Of a DNA stretch of 64,000 bases, positions 59,119 to 64,000 are shown one piece after another. The notes beneath the pieces were generated by a model. It was not told the DNA's origin and did not search any database. It saw only the letters and a program-made list of their open reading frames with translations. The stretch is from Trueperaceae bacterium. Lineage in GTDB: Bacteria > Deinococcota > Deinococci > Deinococcales > Trueperaceae. The DNA is taken from NCBI GenBank assembly GCA_965215565.1, contig CBDCDZ010000004.1, positions 3,232,001 to 3,296,000 of the forward strand, written 5' to 3'. The translations under genes were made by a program, and so were the position numbers. Every line of letters starts with the position of its first letter. Position 1 is the first letter of the stretch.

Positions 59119-59889
59119 CTACGTCCAGCGCGGCTCACGCTTCTCCAGAAACGCCGCCACGCCCTCTTTCAAATCATCTGTGGTGCGCGCTAAAGCGTTG
59201 ACTTCGGTTGCGTAGCGGAGCCCCTCCTCTAACCCCATGCTCGGCACCGCCGCGAGAAGCTGCTTGGTCATAGCTAAAGAGGTGGGCGCGTTCTTCGCGA
59301 GGTCAGCCGCTCGCGCCAGCGCTCGCGCCACAACCTCTTCTGGGGCGCACACCTCGTTGACGAGCCCTACCTCTTTCGCCTCACCCGCTCGAATGAGCCG
59401 GGCGGAGAGGAGGAGGTCTCTCGCTGCCTTCTCACCAACCTGCCGTACCAGAAACACCCCAACCAGAGCCGCCACAAAGCCGATGCGCGCTTCCGTATAT
59501 CCGAGCGTCGCCGCTTCGCTCATCACGACTAAGTCGCAGACCGAGGCGAGCCCCGCCCCGCCCGCGACAGCGTGAGCGTTGAGCGCGGCGATAACCGGTT
59601 TGGGAAAGGTGTAGATGCGCCTTAGGAGCGCCGCCAAGTGCGCCGAGTCGCGGCGGTTTTCCTCGGTAGAACGTGTGCTGATCGCCCCCAAGTCAGCGAG
59701 ATCGAGCCCGGCGCAGAACGCCTTGCCGCTGCCGGTTAGGACGAGCGCACGAACTTGCGCCCTTTCAGCTTCATCTAAAGCCTCCAACAGCCGACTGATG
59801 AGTTCGCTGTTAAGGGCGTTGCGCACCTCGGGGCGGTTGAGGGTGAGAATGCGAACGGCGTCTCGGTCTTCGATTAAGAGGATGGACAT
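59119..59889 (-). CDS. Enoyl-CoA hydratase family (methylglutaconyl-CoA hydratase-like)
   Basis: LNRPEVRNAL, FCAGLDL, AVAGGAGL, EGVAAFLEKR. Confidence 0.9.
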   Translation of the reverse strand: MSILLIEDRDAVRILTLNRPEVRNALNSELISRLLEALDEAERAQVRALVLTGSGKAFCAGLDLADLGAISTRSTEENRRDSAHLAALLRRIYTFPKPVIAALNAHAVAGGAGLASVCDLVVMSEAATLGYTEARIGFVAALVGVFLVRQVGEKAARDLLLSARLIRAGEAKEVGLVNEVCAPEEVVARALARAADLAKNAPTSLAMTKQLLAAVPSMGLEEGLRYATEVNALARTTDDLKEGVAAFLEKREPRWT

Positions 59890-59986
59890 GCTCGACTATA
59901 TCGCTTGCTCGAGAGGGTCATTCCGATTGTAGATTCTTAGAAGTGGGGAAAAAAGAAGAGGGCGTATCTCGAGACACGCCCCGCAA

Positions 59987-60058
59987 AGCCGATGGTCGGA
60001 ATTGAACCGACGACCTGCCGATTACGAATCGGCTGCTCTACCGCTGAGCTACATCGGC
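59987..60058 (-). tRNA. tRNA-Thr (CGT)
   Basis: GCCGATGTAGCTCAGCGGTAGAGCAGCCGATTCGTAATCGGCAGGTCGTCGGTTCAATTCCGACCATCGGCT. Confidence 0.95.
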
Positions 60059-60117
60059 AAGAGAGGCATCATCTGTCAAAACGGGTTGTAAGGACGGATG
60101 ATACCTCTTGACTGCGT

Positions 60118-60193
60118 TGGTGGCCAGAGGCGGGATTGAACCGCCGACACTACGATTTTCAGTCGTATGCTCTACCAACTGAGCTATCTGGCC
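60118..60193 (-). tRNA. tRNA-Phe (GAA), CCA encoded
   Basis: GGCCAGATAGCTCAGTTGGTAGAGCATACGACTGAAAATCGTAGTGTCGGCGGTTCAATCCCGCCTCTGGCCACCA. Confidence 0.96.
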
Positions 60194-60307
60194 GAGGTGG
60201 GTATCATCTATCAAACATTTTTTATAAAAACCAAGAATCCACCAAAAGGAGCATTATTTCTGGCTTTTAAGTATCATGTCCGATATGAGATGATACCTCT
60301 ATGGTGA

Positions 60308-60380
60308 CGGAGCCGACGGGATTTGAACCCGCGACCTTCTGCGTGACAGGCAGATATGCTAACCGCTACACTACGGCTCC
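60308..60380 (-). tRNA. tRNA-Asp (GTC)
   Basis: GGAGCCGTAGTGTAGCGGTTAGCATATCTGCCTGTCACGCAGAAGGTCGCGGGTTCAAATCCCGTCGGCTCCG. Confidence 0.95.
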
Positions 60381-60408
60381 ACGCGGCTCACTCGAGTGAG
60401 CGAAGTGC

Positions 60409-60438
60409 ATAATACCCGAGTTTTTAAGGGCTTGTCAA
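60409..60438 (-). promoter_or_regulatory. Sigma70-type promoter of the Asp-Phe-Thr tRNA operon
   Basis: TTGACA-N18-TATTAT. Confidence 0.75.
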
Positions 60439-60461
60439 CGCCGGTTTTTACACCTCTTCAC

Positions 60462-61334
60462 TCAGAAAACAAGGTCTGCGACAATCGCCAGGAGCATCAC
60501 GGCGCTGACATAGAGGTTAGCGTTAAAAGAGCGCAGCACATCCCCGACGCTTCTCTTGCGGACCAAGAGGTGTTGCGCGACAAGAATCGCCGCGACGACG
60601 CCCAAGCCGAGCGCGTAGAACCAGCCCGCGCTAGTGAACGGCAAAACGAGTGCCAGCGAGAGCCAAGCGAGCGCGTGCGTCGAAGCGGAGAGGGTGAGCG
60701 CTCTGTCTACACCGAAAACAGCCGGAACGCTGTACACGCCGTGCGCCACGTCGAAGTCGTAGTCGAGCACCGCGTAAATGATGTCGAACCCCGCGATCCA
60801 CAGCCCGACGCCTGCCCAAAGTGCTGCTGTACCGGGCGCGAATGCGCCTGTCACCGCAATCCAGCCGCCCGCCGCCGCCGCGCCGATGGTGAGACCCAGC
60901 CAGTAGTGACAGAGCCAGGTGAAGCGCTTCGTGTAGGGGTAGAGCGCCAAGAAGAACACGGCGACGGGTAGGAGCGCCAAAGTGAGCGCGTTGAGCGCCC
61001 AACCCGAGACGATGAGGAGCGCGAACCCTACTACCGCCAGCCCCACGCCCTCGCGTTTGCGCAGCACGCCGCTAGGAATCTCGCGTGTCTGCGTGCGCGG
61101 GTTGCGCGCGTCGATTTCCGCGTCGATGACGCGGTTGAGCGCCATGCTCGCGGTGCGCGCCCCTACCATCGCCAGCGTGATCCAGAAGAACGTGACGAAG
61201 CCGGGCCAGCCGTCCGCCGCTAAGAGCATTCCGCCATACGCGAAAGGGAGCGCAAAGAGGGTGTGCTCGAACTTGACGAAGGAGAGGTAGGTTTTGAGGC
61301 CCTTGGGGCGGGGTTGGGAGGGAGCGGCGCTCAT
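60462..61334 (-). CDS. UbiA-family prenyltransferase (MqnP-like)
   Basis: VKFEHTLFALPFA, NRVIDAEIDARNPRT, YPYTKRFT, GFDIIYA. Confidence 0.88.
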   Translation of the reverse strand: MSAAPSQPRPKGLKTYLSFVKFEHTLFALPFAYGGMLLAADGWPGFVTFFWITLAMVGARTASMALNRVIDAEIDARNPRTQTREIPSGVLRKREGVGLAVVGFALLIVSGWALNALTLALLPVAVFFLALYPYTKRFTWLCHYWLGLTIGAAAAGGWIAVTGAFAPGTAALWAGVGLWIAGFDIIYAVLDYDFDVAHGVYSVPAVFGVDRALTLSASTHALAWLSLALVLPFTSAGWFYALGLGVVAAILVAQHLLVRKRSVGDVLRSFNANLYVSAVMLLAIVADLVF

Positions 61335-61512
61335 AGCTCAACCTATCATGTGACGCCACGAAAGGATTTTGAGGGTCTTACAAAGTAGCTCAAAATGAGA
61401 TTTAGATGAGTTCCTAAGAGTAGAATTAGAAAGCAGGACCTGTTGCAATAATGACGCTTTAACAAAACCTCTTGCAACGCAACTAATGTATTACGGACGG
61501 AAGGTATTTTCT

Positions 61513-62430
61513 ATGACTAGCAATAATGCTGACTACAGCGTTTCATCAGACTTATACACTGACTGGATTAACGAGCTACGGAAAAGCCTTGAATCTGAAG
61601 GGAATACAATTCCTCCAAATGCGAGTAAATTAGATATTTGCTCGATGTATTTCAATCTCCAAAAACGAAAGATTACTGAAAAGCCACGACAAGTATTTAT
61701 AGCTAAAAGCTTTACGTGCCCTCCTGAACATCAGAATGGTCTACGAGCGCTACGTTCTAAAATGGAAGCAGGAGAAGATTTGACTCCTCACCTCAGTGAA
61801 AAGCTAAGGAAGCTTAAATACAACGACATGATGCTCAATGATTGGGGTATTTACCATTTCCATCTTGGAACTGAATTGAGGAATAACGGCTACGTCAAAC
61901 GAACAGGCCCGGTCCTTTACGCACGTGTAACCCAAGATTCCATCTTCTTTATTAACGTCGAGAATCACGGCTCTTGGACGAACCAACAACTCATGGAAGT
62001 TGTTCATCGAAACTGGCCTACCTCTTTAGAGAATTACAAGCTTGATTTTAGTATAAACTATGAAATTACGGGTAATACTAGAGAAGAAATATGGGAATGT
62101 AGAAAAAAGTTTCGCGAGTTAGGAGTGTCAGCGCCGCTAGAAATGGCCGATGGTACGGTTTACATGTCTCCTGGGGGTGGGTATATGATGAGCGGAGTAA
62201 GCACAGAGGTTGTTATGACACACGATCAAAATGCTTATCACATGAGGTGTTTTGAGAAAAGTTTGCACGATAATATTGCAAAACTGGCTAAAAAAATTCA
62301 CGAGTTGACGGAATATCAGGACAATGACTTTATCTTCAAGCTAGAGCTTTCTGAGGGTATCCTTTTTGCAGTGGAGTCAAATTCCGGTTCAATGCTCGAG
62401 CTTTTTCCTATGAAAAATTTTGTCTCATAA
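61513..62430 (+). CDS. AT-rich hypothetical protein
   Basis: Long ORF (alternative start 61486) with DMMLNDWGIYHFHLG...KRTGPVLY...HGSW; GC well below flanks. Confidence 0.75.
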   Translation: MTSNNADYSVSSDLYTDWINELRKSLESEGNTIPPNASKLDICSMYFNLQKRKITEKPRQVFIAKSFTCPPEHQNGLRALRSKMEAGEDLTPHLSEKLRKLKYNDMMLNDWGIYHFHLGTELRNNGYVKRTGPVLYARVTQDSIFFINVENHGSWTNQQLMEVVHRNWPTSLENYKLDFSINYEITGNTREEIWECRKKFRELGVSAPLEMADGTVYMSPGGGYMMSGVSTEVVMTHDQNAYHMRCFEKSLHDNIAKLAKKIHELTEYQDNDFIFKLELSEGILFAVESNSGSMLELFPMKNFVS

Positions 62431-63684
62431 TTGTGGAAGATACAGCGTAAACACCGCCCCACCTTGAGGATGATTGCGCGCGTCCAACGTCCCCCCGTGC
62501 GCCTCCACCAGCGCCTTGGCAATAGAGAGCCCCAACCCCGAGCCGCCCCTCTCACCCTGGCGCGTCCTCGAGGCGTCCCCCCGGTAAAAGCGCTCAAAGG
62601 CTCGCCCTAACTTATCTGGTGAAAGCCCAGGTCCGTAGTCACGCACCCAAATTTTAACGTGCTCCTCTTCTGCTTCAGCTCCGAGTTCGACGCTGCCCGG
62701 CGCGGCGTAGCGAACCGCGTTATCTAAGAGGTTATTCAAGACTTGGGTGATGCGGTCAGGGTCTATAAAGGCGGTTAGGTCTTCTTCGGTTGGGTGAAGT
62801 TTTAAGGTCACGTTTGCCTGGGAAGCTCGAGCCCCAAACGCCTGCGCGCTCCGCTCCAAAAGAGGTCGAATCTGCGTCTCTTCGCGCCTTAGCGACAGCC
62901 CGCCCCCTTCGGCTAAGGTGAGTGTGCGCAAGTCGTCCACCAGGCGCGAGAGCATCATCACCTCACCGTGGAGGCGTCCTAGACCGGCGTCATCTAGTTC
63001 GACCACGCCGTCTTGCATCCCCTCCAACTCGCTGCGCATCACCGCTAGGGGCGTGCGCAAATCGTGGGCGATGTCGGCGACGAGATTGCGCTGCGAGACC
63101 TCTTGGCGCTCCAAGCTCATGACGAGATGGTTGAAGGCTTCGGTCAAGCCGCGCAGTTCGTCGCGGGCTCTAGGCAGCTCGAGCCTCAACCCCCGCTCCC
63201 CCGCCTCGAAGCGCATTGCGCCGTCGGTCAATGCCCTGAGCGGCTGGGTGAGAAAGCGCGTCGCGAAGGCGGCGACGCCCGAGGCGAGTAAAAACGACAA
63301 GAACGCCGCGAGAAAGGCGGTGCGCGTCACCTGCTGGAAGGCTTCGCGGATCGGGGCGTACGCGACGTTGTCCATGTCGGGTCTACTGCTCCCGAATGCG
63401 CCTCTCCCAAACATACCTTGCGCCTCGGTATCTTCGCCGCGATCCGACCAGTTCCACCAGGAATGCTCCGACGTGTCCGGGTAGGTTGGACCTGCCGCCT
63501 CGAACAGCGCGCGCTGCACCTCGAAGACCGCGCCCAATGTGAGCCACGCCGTGAGGCTGACCGCCGTGAGCGCGACGAAGGCGAACATGAAGGTGAGGCG
63601 GCGGCGCAGCCCCCAACGCGAGCGGCGCTTGCGACGCCAGCCCTTCTTGTACCGCCAGGAATGTGGACGCCAACCTCTCGCCAT
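62425..63684 (-). CDS. HAMP sensor histidine kinase (BaeS-like)
   Basis: Two TMs, HAMP, ADIAHDLRTP, NLLDNA, DYGPG, GSGLGL. Confidence 0.92.
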   Translation of the reverse strand: MARGWRPHSWRYKKGWRRKRRSRWGLRRRLTFMFAFVALTAVSLTAWLTLGAVFEVQRALFEAAGPTYPDTSEHSWWNWSDRGEDTEAQGMFGRGAFGSSRPDMDNVAYAPIREAFQQVTRTAFLAAFLSFLLASGVAAFATRFLTQPLRALTDGAMRFEAGERGLRLELPRARDELRGLTEAFNHLVMSLERQEVSQRNLVADIAHDLRTPLAVMRSELEGMQDGVVELDDAGLGRLHGEVMMLSRLVDDLRTLTLAEGGGLSLRREETQIRPLLERSAQAFGARASQANVTLKLHPTEEDLTAFIDPDRITQVLNNLLDNAVRYAAPGSVELGAEAEEEHVKIWVRDYGPGLSPDKLGRAFERFYRGDASRTRQGERGGSGLGLSIAKALVEAHGGTLDARNHPQGGAVFTLYLPQL

Positions 63685-63693
63685 GCATCTATC

Positions 63694-64000
63694 CTAACCG
63701 CGTAACCTGTAGCCGACGCCGCGCACCGTCTCCAACTGCTCGCCGCAGCCGCGCAGCTTGCGCCGCAGGTTCTTCACGTGCGCGTCCACGGTGCGTTCGT
63801 CCGCGAAGCGCTCGGCGTCGCCCGAGGCGGCGAGGAGTTCGGCTCTCGAGCGCACCCGCCCCGGCTCCTTTGCGAGCGCCGCCAAAAGTCTCAGTTCGCT
63901 CGCCGTTAGGTCAACCTCCCTAGCCTTGCCCTTCTCGCGACACATAACTTCGAAGCGCCCCGCGTCCACCTCTAAACCTCCGACCTTGAAGACCTCTTGC
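63694..64000 (-). CDS. OmpR-family response regulator, C-terminal part (5' end outside window)
   Basis: LTASELRLL, RTVDAHVKNLRRKL, ETVRGVGY. Confidence 0.9.
   Translation of the reverse strand, partial: QEVFKVGGLEVDAGRFEVMCREKGKAREVDLTASELRLLAALAKEPGRVRSRAELLAASGDAERFADERTVDAHVKNLRRKLRGCGEQLETVRGVGYRLRG

Noticed and set aside
52925..60380. tRNA-anchored integrative element carrying the helicase/nuclease pair
   Set aside because: No integrase and no duplicated tRNA 3' end seen; the pair lies on the 5' side of tRNA-Met

Overview
This is a GC-rich chromosomal segment, most likely from a Deinococcota (Truepera-like) bacterium. That assignment is inferred from Thermus/Deinococcus-type hpa genes, a Zn-finger-extended DciA, pervasive leaderless -10 promoters and strong CTCGAG enrichment. 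From left to right it holds: a 4-hydroxyphenylacetate catabolic cluster (hpaG-like, hpaE, hpaB, hpaD) with an embedded PIN toxin-antitoxin pair and a Liv-type ABC importer; housekeeping genes (nfi, recF-dciA, frameshifted sufU, acpS, rpiA, bcp, lon, recX, holA, hisF, hisIE, glpX, mqnP-like); an HxlR-linked redox cluster; four tRNAs (Met, Thr, Phe, Asp); and a two-component system cut by the right edge. I saw no CRISPR array, integrase or transposase. The best candidates for undescribed biology are: (i) an AT-rich DUF262 + HEPN gene pair in an accessory stretch separating hisF from hisIE; (ii) a leaderless poly-proline mini-ORF (MSFQTPPPPS) followed by a terminator with an alternative pairing, resembling an attenuator; (iii) an AddAB-like pair whose helicase lacks a nuclease domain; (iv) HIP1-like iteration of CTCGAG; (v) a family of heptamer-repeat hairpins directly after stop codons; and (vi) several orphaned antitoxin or immunity remnants behind core genes. 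All protein family calls are by-eye motif recognition; no database searches were run.
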